Part shown: positions 22,135 to 35,400 of the stretch, in pieces | Numbering within the stretch: the first letter of the stretch is position 1 | Layout of the letters: each line of letters opens with the position of its first letter | NCBI GenBank assembly: GCA_965644265.1 | Contig: OZ286470.1 | Coordinates: 20,336,001-20,400,000, forward strand | Direction of reading: 5' to 3' | DNA length: 64,000 nucleotides | Source: Glycera tridactyla | Taxonomy: Eukaryota | The notes under the pieces: model-generated | The model's input: the letters and a program-made list of their open reading frames with translations, nothing else | Databases searched by the model: none | Told to the model about the DNA's origin: nothing | Program-made: the position numbers and the translations under genes

Positions 22135-22440
22135 TTCTGTGGAGTTGTCCGAAATGGGACCGAACAATGGAGGACACAGTATATATACCCCAGTAGCGCC
22201 ATCTAGCATCACACACACAACCCTGAAACAAAGTTTCTTATTAGAAACAAATACACAAAACAAAGAGATCGAACAAACAAAGGTAGCTCATATATAAATT
22301 GGAATTCAGAAAATTAGATTTAGAAAAATAATATAAGAAATGAGACCTCTAGCGTCACAGTATCGTGCTCACTGCGTAGGTATCATACCTCTAAACAAAA
22401 TTATTCTTCAAACAAAAAACAATTTCCAAGGAAATTGGAA
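22135..22440 (-). repeat. Ngaro repeat A1 (306 bp)
   Basis: No differences seen by eye versus 15995-16300 (offset 6140). Confidence 0.95.
22151..22187 (-). promoter_or_regulatory. Candidate Ngaro core promoter (TATA + Inr) near the 3' end of A1
   Basis: TATATATA at 22187-22180; Inr-like CCATTTC with A at 22155, 32 nt downstream. Confidence 0.5.
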
Positions 22441-22800
22441 TGCTCGGTCGCGTTTATTGTTGACGTTCGGTGGTTGGGGGCGCCGACAAAGAAAACAAGG
22501 AAAGCGACAGCGACAACACCGACATAGATTCACAGCTATGCAAAACGCGTATTGTTGCGTTCTGACTGCCTTGCCAATATCATAATGTTTACGAGTAGGC
22601 TTTTGCCTAAAATGTATCAATATTTTGTATATAATCATGTCTGTTGTGTGAAATGTACCAGAGAAGCATTTCTATAGCCCTTGATCTTAGATCAAAGCAA
22701 TATCATAATTAACACCGCGGACCTATCTACTGTAGGTCCATGTTAACACCAATTAATGTAGTGCAGTGGAAATTTTGTTTTTGTTTTTTGTTTTGTTGGG

Positions 22801-22945
22801 GGTTTAACGTCACGTCAGCTCCATCTGGGACATATTGTGACGCCCATGCAATGGGCACGGGTGGGATCATTCAAGACTCCTCCTTCTGGTCCCCAACAGA
22901 AGGCAAAAATTTATGAAATTCACAGACACTCAAGGTGTCATTTCT
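22801..22945. repeat. Dispersed SINE-like repeat; other copies at ~1165-1245, ~11562-11700, ~13240-13275
   Basis: Shared GGTTTAA(C/T)GTCAC..CCCATGCAAT..CATT(C/T)(A/G)AG..AACAGAAGG..ATGAAAT. Confidence 0.6.
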
Positions 22946-25900
22946 GTTGTACAGTGGAAATAATTTTGATTGATTGATATTTCTTTATTTATATATTCGT
23001 CAAATATTATTGTTGAAACATTGGCGTTTGATGCCACTCTCAACTCTAGCATTGAGAAAGTTGTGCCAAATGAAAAAATATCGCTTCATCGGTGTGATTT
23101 TTAGTTCCAAGTTTGCCATCTCTTCATCAAACACAAATATTCTCATTTTTATTCGACAAACAAATTCGTAAACTTGTGAAATTATTTGCATCATTTCATG
23201 TAGAATAATGCTAGGCCTGTTATCATGCGAGCACGTGTGAACGTGAAACGAACAAGCTCTGCCTCTAGGATTCTGAACAGGCCTATATCGCGTGATATAA
23301 TATACGTCCGTGGATTCTATTAGGAAACCGACAGACGAAACGTTGCTTGGTAGGATAATTATATTACCTGTCCCAGTGGCATTGGCACGTGCAAGAGAAC
23401 ATATTCATCTTCGAGTGTGATTTGTAGATAATTATAGTCACATATGTGTATATTGTGCAATAGATTTCGAAATAAATGTTTTCAAAACATGTGTAAGTGT
23501 TGAGATCGTTTTCTCATTCGGCTGGCCCCAGTTCTCATCTTACAATGTCAGGAATGTCATTTCTCAGGTTTTCAATAGCATGTGTTAGGCCAAGGATTCA
23601 GTACACCTGGTGTTCAGATCTATGACTGCTAGATGTACTGTCCTCTGCAGGCATCACACCCGAAAACCCTGAACATAAGATGATCCTGACCTAGAATGAC
23701 TGTCTTTTGGAAGTAGCTGATAGTTTAGACACCTCTAAAGAACTATGTAAAACCTACAGAATGCAGATTCACTAAGTACCTGACTAGAAGCTGAAACTCC
23801 AGTATGATAGCAATAATCATAAACAATGCACAGTACTTGAAACACGGAAGGCAAATCTAGTGGCAGTCCTCACTAGCGCTTCGTGACAGATGTAATGTGA
23901 CTAAAAATACCCCCACCGCCACTTGGACACTAAGAATAAACTTAATATGGCCATGGTACGTGTCCGNNNNNNNNNNNNNNNNNNNNNNNNNNNNNNNNNN
24001 NNNNNNNNNNNNNNNNNNNNNNNNNNNNNNNNNNNNNNNNNNNNNNNNNNNNNNNNNNNNNNNNNNNNNNNNNNNNNNNNNNNNNNNNNNNNNNNNNNNN
24101 NNNNNNNNNNNNNNNNNNNNNNNNNNNNNNNNNNNNNNNNNNNNNNNNNNNNNNNNNNNNNNNNNNNNNNNNNNNNNNNNNNNNNNNNNNNNNNNNNNNN
24201 NNNNNNNNNNNNNTGTGTGTATGGATGCAAAGCAGTACTGAGTCCAATGCTGATACTATAACACTGTCTATAGGCAGTTATCTGCGCAATTGAAGAACCG
24301 ATATGTGTGTGTGTGTGTGTGTGTGTTGGTGTTGGTGAGTGTGTGTGTGAGGTGTGCCTGCATGTATGTGCGTACCTGTTGCAACTATGATTGTTTGTGT
24401 ACTGTTTTGTGTCTGATACTTGCACTCTAGTCTTCTTGTGTGTGATTTTGCACTTTTACGCTTTGTATATAATGCCCTCGGGGTGTTCTTTAATACAATA
24501 AAGCATATATTATTTGAATTGAATTGAATTGAATTATATGAAATCAACAAGTTATAATGAAAGACTCCTGAATTGAAGTTTGACATTACACAGATACGAA
24601 AAGAAGCATGGTATATTTCCAGAGAATCTCACAACAATGAAAGGAAAGCCGAGGGTAGTGCTGTACATTACAGAGAGGCCTTACAAAATACAGACCGAGT
24701 TAATGGACCTGGTCAATTTTGGCTGTCTCAAAAAAATTCCGAACACACACATACAAAAACTTTTTTTTTCTCCAACAGAAAACTCTGGAATGTGTTGATC
24801 ACCCAGGATGAAATATATATCTTGCGCGTCCACACTTCAAGTGTCAATCCAATAGCTTAAGAAATGCGGAAGTAGTTACCTACCCAAACTTTTTGCAAAC
24901 AGAGCAACCGATCAAGTGACTCCAATATACTCAATTTCGAACTTCATTTGACAGGTTATGAAAACCCAGAACTGGTCTGCCTAGTACCGAACTCGTGCAC
25001 AGCGACAATATATCTGTTAGAGACAAGCCATCAGCCAGCTACGGCTGAGTCCATTTTAATCATATACAACTCATGAGTGACAGAACATAGGAGCAACTCG
25101 GTGATCCATTTTATATACATTTATTCAGTGACTCGATTATGATACAGATCAACATGCACGCACAGACAAAACACAAGCTATACAAGATGAATATGTACAA
25201 ATATGTAAGATTCTAATTACTTCAATTTCACTGGACAACATGTAAGTGAGGATGATGGATATATAAATGTTGAAATGTGAGAATGATGGCATTCAAAGGT
25301 CACACATGCATAGCCCAGAAATGTACATAACATGTCAAAACTCTCCAAAAACACCTCCGTTCATGATGAAATTGACAACTATGAACAGGTGAACAAACAT
25401 TCACAGAATGCAATAAATCTTTCCATGCATGCATAAAAGAAGGATAATTTCAAGGATACTTCTCGAAATTATCATATGAATAAATGAATGGGTGTTTAAT
25501 GACATGTATAACCCTGATGGATTATATATTTCTCTCGTGCCAGATCTTTGTCTGTTTGCTAGTTTGTTTGGGGTTTAATTGTCAAGGATAATACAAACCC
25601 TGTGTGTTTCAAACCTTTGAGAGCTGGATGTTACATCTCCTTTGAGTATCACTCTCACGAGCCCATTACACAATATAACCAAAAAGGTTGTCAAGAAACT
25701 ATCGGTTCAGACACACCTCTACCCATATAAAACAATACCAATGAAACAATTCATAGCCCTGAATTTATAAAGTGGTAGATTATAGCTATGAGCTGAAAGT
25801 TCCTGAATATCCGATTGACAATATGGATGAAATGAATTATGTAGGAAAGATGAACATAGGCATAGGTCATTGTTTCACAGTACTTGGGCATTGGTTTTTG

Positions 25901-27195
25901 ATTGTCTGTTAAGCACCATATAGGTCATATTACAACACCCATGTAATAAGCCTCAGATAAGATCAGTGTTTCATAAAAATCACTCCATCTCCCATTGGCC
26001 AGCATTCTCAATTCTTCAGTGAGCCTCAAAAGCTTTCATCAACTTCCAGTATATCATGACAGATTCAAAGTGCTACAGTGTAATGCCCACAGCAGGTCCA
26101 ATATAGTCAGGGCAGGTGGATATGTTTGATTGATTGATTGATTAATGTTCAACGGCATGTATTAACCCAAAGGATTATGTATGCCATGTGTTCCTGGTCA
26201 ATGTTCACTCCCCTGCAGACATCACTTGCACAAACCATGAACAAAAGATGATGGGGACCCTGAAAGGTTGTCAAGCAGAAGTAGCCGAGAGTTCAGACAC
26301 ATCTCCACAAGTTGGACCCTGCCACTCAAGCCTGATAGCAATGCTTTCTTTCAAAGTAAAGCACAGCACTTGGAACAAGAAAAGCATTACATTTGGAGAA
26401 TACTCAACCAATATATGTCATCTGAGTATTATAATAACTTGATGTAATAAACATTGACCTGATGAGAAATCATACTCCTGCGGGTCAAGTACTTTCTTTT
26501 TCTATAAATGGATACTTTCAGATCAATAATTTGATTCAAATGCATTCAGAGGTTTGACCGCAGAGATTATCATGAAATCAGATGTATCTTCCTTCGTTGA
26601 TCTCTCTCTCTCTCTCACACACATTCACACACGCGCGCACCCACACACTTCCCGACATATATACTTGTATAGACAATGTGAGATATACCCTTCGCATATG
26701 TATAGACAATAACATACACCCCTCGATTCACAGGTGGAAGTGGCATACACGATTCCGGTAATGAGCACTCATATTTCAAGATTCCATATATACACATATC
26801 CACATGCATTTACACATGCAAAAACAAACACATCAGGTTTTGACTCTATATACACGATTGCACATTACAGATACTCAAATAATGATGGTATTTCGACAGA
26901 TTCATGTGATAGAATTATGGGTGAGCAATGAACCAAGTCAAAGACTGAGCAAAATACTTCTCCTTCCATCATTTCATTAGCATCCAACTATTTCCAGACT
27001 GCAAAGCCAAACATTCTGCTAAAGTCTGTCAAATCCACATGTGACACCTAGGTTCCATATACTCTATATGTCCTTTCCCATCTGATCATAGATTTTATTG
27101 GCATAAATACATTGTATGAGACCTCAGGCAATCATTGAACTTGATCTTGGACCGTGTGCACTCTTTTGAAGAGGATTTACTCTCATTTCATTGTA

Positions 27196-27373
27196 CAGCC
27201 TAACCTGTCTATAAAGGCCAACATTGGTTGCATGAAAAGGTGGCCTTTATAGACAGGTGGCCTTTATGGAGAGGTCATTTACTGTTGAAAATTCTATCAC
27301 TGTTACAGCTCAGGGTGACAGTTATAGGCATGTAACCTTTACAGAGAGGTGGTCTCTTGAGCTGGTTCGACTG
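27196..27373. mobile_element. MITE family 1 diverged copy
   Basis: TA-flanked, degenerate TIRs. Confidence 0.75.
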
Positions 27374-29351
27374 TATTCATATCAGCGATGGTAATGAGAT
27401 AAAGGATAACTTTTTGAAATATGGCTCCCATTTCATTGTTATATGGCAGATCCGATGACATAATCGGTTGAAGTTTGTATGTGAGTATGGCTGTTGTTCA
27501 CACTATTGAAAATGTGTGAAAAATTACATATTTGGTGTTGAATATACAAAAAAACATTTGCCTCGATCACATTTCTAGTCGTCGGAGATGTCAACAAGCA
27601 GCTTCCATATCAATCCAATCTAAAAATGGTGATGCAAGAGTGGAAAATATACCAATTAGGTGTGGACTCAAGACTCGGAAAGCAGACAAACCACTGGCTC
27701 TATATACCAACTACCGGCTAAGATGACTGAGTGAAAAGTTGGCTCAACATTTGTGGCAACAGTCTGGTCATGAATATGTCATGCTATGTCCAGTTTTAAG
27801 AATTTTCTCATTCAGATCAAATTGGTATATTCAAAACCAATTTTGCACAGCTAACGTGAAGTTAGCCACCAGTGCTCAAATATTTTTGACCCGATCTTTT
27901 CACAAGCTCAATCATGTCTCCTTTTCACACTCTCTCAATGTCGAGGTAATTCAACAATTCCGAATCTAGTTGGTAACAAAAGCTGTCAGATCTCAATTCC
28001 TCATTAGCATGGTGCTGGAACAATGATGGTCTGGCTATGATATTTGTGAAATGTCTTGAAGTTTGTTTGTTTGTTTGAGGTTTATCGGCATGTATCAACC
28101 TAGAAGGATATATATGCTGTGCATTCCTGGTCAGTGGAAACTAGATGTTCTCTCCCCTGCAAACATCACTCTCACAAACCCGGAACACAAGATGATGGGG
28201 AACCTGAAAGGTTGCCACGTAGAAGTAGCTGACAGTTTGGACGCACCTCTAACTCTTTAACAAGAACATAATAATACTGGAGATGGCATACCCAAGTATG
28301 TCACCGGCTGACTGATAGTCTGAACTAAACCCTTGCAGAGTTCACTTCTGTAACAATCCAGCCGTGACAAGTGAACTATGTGCCTTCCCATAAAGCTCAA
28401 TGATAATTTTATAATCAATGCATTCGTGTCTAATAGCTATTCTCAGATTCACCTGAAAACTTACCACATGTAGGGACCTTTTAATCTAAGGATGAACTTT
28501 AAGCCTTTGAGATGATATGTTAACCTTGCACATGGTGAAATATCATTTCGCTGTGAGCATTTTGTTGCACTCCACATACGATCAAGGTAGTGAAAGACCA
28601 AATCTCTCATCAGGTCTATATTTCATGGTGTATCCTTCATATTCAACCATACATGAAAGTACACACAGACATGAATGCCTGCATGCATCCATAGATGCAA
28701 GCACACAGCCAGGCACACATTCTCTCNNNNNNNNNNNNNNNNNNNNNNNNNNNNNNNNNNNNNNNNNNNNNNNNNNNNNNNNNNNNNNNNNNNNNNNNNN
28801 NNNNNNNNNNNNNNNNNNNNNNNNNNNNNNNNNNNNNNNNNNNNNNNNNNNNNNNNNNNNNNNNNNNNNNNNNNNNATGATTTTTTATTCAAGTCCATGA
28901 TGAGCAATGAGTTTCAATGTGTTGAAAATCCTACAATGGATCAGAAAAACTGCGGTATCAGAATTTCATCGTCAAAGTGACACAAAATCCAGTGTATACA
29001 GCAAGAACTGCACTGATATGCTTGACTATGGGGCCGATTGTACTGGGCTGAATTTCAAATTGGGTGACACTTTAATACCATGGCAGTAGTCTCTCTTCGC
29101 CCTTCATTCGTTCTTAACATGTCCGCACATAATGATACGGAGGACACGTCGGAGACAGAAATATCATGATCTCGTTGTAAGTAAATGCACGGACTGATGA
29201 ATTCGTACTTGAGAAGAAAGACGCATTTTAAGCCAGTTATATAAGCTCAAAAGACGATTCTCACCTTTGTCAACAATATTGATTTACATATATGAATTAA
29301 GGAAAATGACTGAAAATGTCTTCAAGTAGCCGTCTAGCCTGGCTCCTTGTG

Positions 29352-29490
29352 TCATTTCTGGGTGCTGAATAATTTTCCTGTCACAGGACACAAGTTCTTG
29401 TTCCGAGAGCAGTGTGTGTGCGTTACGACGCCATTCGGGTAGCGCACAAAGCTGGGTTCCGTGAAAGGCTTGTCACAAACAGCACATCCC
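29352..29490 (-). CDS. TGFBRAP1: TGFBRAP1 exon 21 (GCAVCDKPF...STQK*), C-terminal Zn finger
   Basis: ctgcag acceptor; TGA at 29354-29352. Confidence 0.93.
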
Positions 29491-32400
29491 CTGCAGAGAG
29501 AAACAAATACAATGTACAGTAAAACCTGTCTTAAGTGAAAAGTCACGGGACCAAATTTTTTTTTCACTTAAGACAGGATTTCACTACTGACTGTCTGATA
29601 TGGATAAGAAATACAATTAAACCTGTCATGAGCAATAACCTCTCTTGAATGATCACTTTTGTTTGCCAAAATACCAAATACTTATTAAATGACCTGTAAC
29701 AAGCGATCACCTCTCTAACATGACCAGCCACCGGCCTAAATGGTAGAAATTACCTGCAATAAGCAATGTAGAACTGTTCACAATTGAGCTGATCTCAACT
29801 TCATTTTTCACCACGGGACCAAAAATGGTGTTTCATTGTTCAGGTTAGACAGGTTTTTGCTTAATCCAGGACAATTATAGTGAAAAAACAGTTGGGCGGT
29901 CCATGGCGTATGTGCTTAAGACAGGATTTCACCTAGCACAGGTTTTCACTCGAGCAGGTTTTACTGTACTGTACAACCTGTCCTAAGCAGCCACTGTTCT
30001 AAGCAGCCACTGTTCTAAGCAGCCACTTTTGAATTTCCCAAAGGTTTTTTCACTATAAGTCACCTGCCCTAAGCAGCCATCCACCCTAAACAGCCACTTT
30101 TTGCCTTCCCGAAGGGTGGCTGCTTGGGACAGGTTTGACTGTAATTGCATCGTAGTGGATCCTGCTGGTATTACCCATGCAAGGGTACATTCAGGAATTT
30201 CAAAATTGGGGCATTGGTCCCCTTAAATTTGAGAAAAGGGGGCATCTCTTCACGAAATCCCTCAAAATCTATCCACTCAATACAAAAAAGTGCAACCCTC
30301 CTGTTGATTTCTGTGGCATTGTGGCCTCTGATTGTCTTGAAAACGGGCCCATTAATATGTGTGAAATGCCCCCTCTGTGGGCAACCCCGCTTACATCCAT
30401 ATCAGCAACTGTTTTCGCTATACAATGCCAGTGAGTACATGTGAAATTTCAAACTATCAAAATTAATTGTGAGTACCATGATATTCATATCTTACAAACA
30501 GTTATTACAATGTAGAATTGATATGATTGAATGAAGACTTGGTTGCTTCACAGGATTTGCTAACCAAGTTAAATTAGGTGCAAAAAAATATTTGCCAAAT
30601 TTTGCATGCAAATGAGTTTAGGAATGGCATACACCAGCAGGAGGAATATCATGGCTCCAAAAGACTTCGGCATTCTGATTCAGTACAACCTGACAAATAT
30701 CAAGCAAACTGTGTCAAGTATGCTCGAATGAGTCATGTGACCATTATGGACCAATCAGATGTACGTATAGCCGGAGACCCGGTCGTGACGTCATCAAGGC
30801 GGTGTCCGGAATTAGGTCAAACCGCTATGTTCTAAGCCAATCATCTGTGCGTATCGCCGGAGACCCGGTCATGACGTCACAGGAATCTATTTATAGCCCG
30901 TATATCGCGGGAAATATCTAATTGACCTAAATACCTACCTGGGGAAGTCCTCCTTTGTCCGATATTTTATGTCATCAAACTCGCAGTTTGGAATAATTAT
31001 TATTAAATTGACGTGTGGCCGGTCTTACAACTTGCCATCTCCACACATCCGTCTCTACTGAGGGATATTTTAACGTAGCTGGAATTAATCGTCAGCGCCT
31101 ACGTTCGGATCGTGTATACACGTCCGTACCATGTCGTTGTCAACGTCCAAGTGAGTATTATGCCGGTCGATTGTAGCGCCCTCTCTCCTAGAAACGGAGT
31201 AGCGTCTTCACAAATGTTTACGGGTGCTGGGCTTGACACTGAAGTATTCTTCTCACTTGCCCAATGAACTTGCCAGAACAGTAAATCTACTTGCCCCATT
31301 TATTTGCTATGCAAATATTCCTGAAGAAAAATTGCCCTTTGGGAAAGTAGGCATGGTAATTCACTTGCCCAGTCACAAACTTTACTTGCCCCGGGCAGTA
31401 TAGCAATCCTTAATGTCAAGCCCTGAGGGGTATGCTGAAACCAACTTACAAATCTTCCCCAAGTGCGACTCGGTCATGTGTCAACTGCAATGATTCTTGA
31501 CTAGTTTCGAGATGATGCGCCCTCGCAAGCATACGATGAACTCGTGTCGTTCTCGTGACATTCATACCATGCCGTATTGCATTCGTTAAAAACCCTGACA
31601 GCAGACCTACTGACCAGTTATCGGGAAGTGACTGTAGCACCTGAAAGACAGAAAAGGGTTACTTTACAATGTGGATTTCTACTATCTCATAAAAGACTGA
31701 GTATATTTCTGAGGCAGCGATCTTGAAAAGCATTCTTGAGATACATAAACTGAAGCACTGCCAATGTGTAGGGTCTCTCCTCCAATGTTTTTGTACAAAT
31801 ACATCAATACTGCCAAATGGGTTCATATTGAAATATTTGTGACATATTGGTTGTCAATTGAAAATAAGTCAATGAATCTTCTGCTGATCATTCTGCAATT
31901 CCAGGCAAAAGCAGATTCTTGAAAAAACAATACTTGATTGATTTCATCAGTTTTATATCGAAATCAAGGTGATGACAAGGTCAATTCACTTGGGGTGACA
32001 AAGTTGTGCCCCCTACCATGATAAAAATTAATGCAAGTCGAAATTTACAAATTTCTGGCAGGATTACAGATTGATTCGAGGATCATATGTAAGGTCTATA
32101 CATATGCACTTTTGATATAAGAAGAACAAGTTATAAGCTTGCGCATCCACTTACTTTATTGGTATCAAAATCTGCATAATTCCTATTGAGTAAAGACACA
32201 GCTGGCGCAACCATTGTATCGCGTCGTCTGAAAAGTTAAAGTTCATCAGGTCAAATCACTCGACCATCATCATTTGAAAATGGTGGGGAGAGGCAGTCAG
32301 CGCTAATCTAGAATTCAGGGAAAGGGGTAATGCAAAATTGTTATTACGGGAAGGGAGAGATCAGAATTTGAGGTTAGAGTGATCAGTCGACCCACTGAAT

Positions 32401-35400
32401 CCACCATTGGGATATAAAAGAGGTAATATATGGGTCATGGCTAGAAATAACATTATATCAGCCTCTACCCTCCCTCAAATGCCAGAAAAATGTTCTCGAT
32501 TGTTTTTGCATGAACTGCACTTTTCACTCCCAAGAAAACTAAATTCAAGGTTTTTTCCCGAAAGATCACAGGCCTGCAGTAATTTACTCTTGCAGCTAAT
32601 ACCTGTGAGCTCAATCACTTCAACACAATTCCATGTGAATGTAGGGATGGCCCCTCATACTCCATCTTAGTTTTGTAGAAAGCCGAAGTAGATGTCTGAC
32701 AAGATCAGATTGTTAGATGGACTGTGCTCTGTCCCATGGGATTACAAATGCTGTGTGTTCCAGATTGACGATAGCTAGATGCTCTGTCCTCTTCGAGCAT
32801 CACTCTCAGGCACCCAATACACAAGATAGTAAGGAACTAGTCACTTTCAAAGAGAGGTAGCTGTGAGTTCAGACACACCTCACCCTACAGTACATAACAG
32901 ATAAGATAAAATGATGACTTACTCATAAGAGGGATCGAGGTAGACTTGCAGCAGTGTGAGGAAGAGGCGTTTACGATATGATCTGTCCCGATTTTCTGAA
33001 TTGATGATGCAATAATTCTCGGCAGCATTGTAATCACGTAATTTATGTACAAGAATTCGCAAAGCCTTGTCATGTTCTTCCAACTGAAACAAACGAGAAG
33101 AATCACTTGTAAGATGAGAATGAGGGAAAGTGATTGAATTAGAGGGAATGAATTGCTGGATTTGAAGTTGATAATATTGTTATTTATGGTGGTTCTGCTC
33201 TTAAAACCCCCATGTAAATTGTTATATTGTTTACTGTCATGAGTAATATTAAATTGGCTGTCCGTAAAGATACTTACAGAATAATGGCGTCAAAAAAAAG
33301 GTGAGTCTAAACAAGGTTCCCCGATGCATCTTATAAACTACATCACTCCCTGCATATTCATATTCAAATATTTCAAATTGTACCATCAGTGATGCTAATT
33401 AACTATTACATGGCTTTCTGAAATACAGTTTACTGAGAATGCCCCTGCATCCAAGGGCACCTGATTTGGAGTATTGAGACTGTCAACGATAAAAACTTCA
33501 CCAAGGCTCTTTATAGGCAGGTCGTCAGACCATATCTAAAATAGACACTTTGGAGTTGCAGGGAGAAGAGAATCTGAATTCTAGAATTTCCTTGAACCAG
33601 CAAGGTCTGAAAGGGATACCTGGCTTTTATAATACACACCTTGGAATAGAGGATGGCACATTCTTGGTGAAGTTCTGTCTGACGCAGTTTCCCCAACAAC
33701 ATCTGTACACGATAAAGATTGGACTGTTGAAGGAGCTTCTGTAGATCTAATCTGAAACATTCAAAGACACGAGGAACATGAAGCAGTCGTGAAGATTAGT
33801 CAGTATCACGGCTGATGACACGAGGCATGCTTGCCCGACGATAGACAAAACTTGGTTCAACTGAGATACACCTTCTCAACTGATTGTGAGCTATAATTTC
33901 TCAGACTCAAGCATCATCTTGCTCTCAGCAGTAGGGATACCATAAATCCAGAAGCAGGGGTGAAGTAGGAATCAAAATTCACCCTGTATACCCCCCCCCC
34001 CTCTCTTTTTCATGGAATAGTCCTCACAAGCAGAATATTGTATGAAACTAATGTAGTCTACAGGGCAATGTTTTTTTCTGCCAGATTCTACTTACTACAA
34101 ACACACACCCTCGATTCAGGTTCACAAATGAAACTTTTGAAATAATGGATGCAGCTTGAATGTGACGACACCATTGGAAAGACCACAAAGATGAATCTGA
34201 CATGAATGGAGATGTTATTGAAGAAATGGTAAAGCTGTGAAGTTCCAATACATGGTCTGCCATCTTTGTTTTGGTCGAAGTTTGAACATTTCTCTCATCG
34301 GGCTACTATGACTCAAGATTGTGTCAAAATGAGATTTTCTCATCACAGATAAGTAAATTTGTTATACTTGAAATTCCCAACTATGTTTTCATTCTATTCC
34401 TTTGCTAGTTGATATTTTGAAAAATAATCATGAAATGATGATGTCATCATAAATGTGAGAGGGTCAAAACAAGGTTCACATTGCGCCCCATAAACTACGT
34501 TCTCGCCTATTGTACTATCATGAGTCATGATAAAGTAATGAATAAAGTTACCTGGCTAGATGAAGTTCATGTGGTGGTGTGTTGTCTTGCTGCATCATTT
34601 TTAAGACTTTCTCTAGGTACAAGGCCGCCAGATGTGTGTGAACATGCTCCGACTGAAAAAGAACACCAACAAGATTGTACTGGTAATACCTTCTCTGCCT
34701 GATTTCAATGATCATACATAAAATCTGGCTATGAGCTTGATTAAAGAAAGAAACAAATTCATAAGAATGGGATTCCATGACGATCCACAACACATCCAAA
34801 GGCTGGTCTTCACTATAGCCTGGTACTATGTCAGAAATATGAGAATGAACATGAAAATTCATATGATGTCCAATGGTGAAAATTTTTTACTCTGCACAAA
34901 TGAAGATAAAATCCATAGAAATCTTGTCTTTTCCACGCAAGTTGATATGCCGACAATTGATCACTTGAAAAGCTTGCTCTCTGTCATGAATTGCACAGTC
35001 CCAAAAAATGAACGAATATTTTACAATTTGAAGGTTTCTTCTTCATTTCTTCACCCTTTCATCCAAATCTAGCCCCGAAATTACAAAGTTTCTAGCTACT
35101 ATTTAGATAATTTTGAATATTCCAACTTCTGAAAAGATACTCTTTTTGGCACTATCAGCAACCATTCATGTGACGAATTCGGAATAGAAGTTCACCAGAT
35201 TCCGGTTTATTCAATTAGCGAGAAACTCATGATGGCCTTACCTCAGATTTCTTTTTGTAGACTAAATACTCCAGATAGATTATCACAGCTTTAGGGTAGC
35301 GTGCTAGATATTTGGTGACGATGTCAGGACTCAGGCGATCAGATGCCACCTCATCCTCAGGTCGTTCTGTGAAAACCTGCGAGAAAAAAAAGGACGAGAT

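Larger units (their letters stand above)
15385..22440 (-). mobile_element. Full-length Ngaro-type (DIRS order) tyrosine-recombinase retrotransposon, 7056 bp
   Basis: Split direct repeats in element orientation: A1-SGNH-gag-RT/RH-YR-B1-A2-18 bp-B2. No methyltransferase domain follows RNase H. All four ORFs are uninterrupted. Confidence 0.93.
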
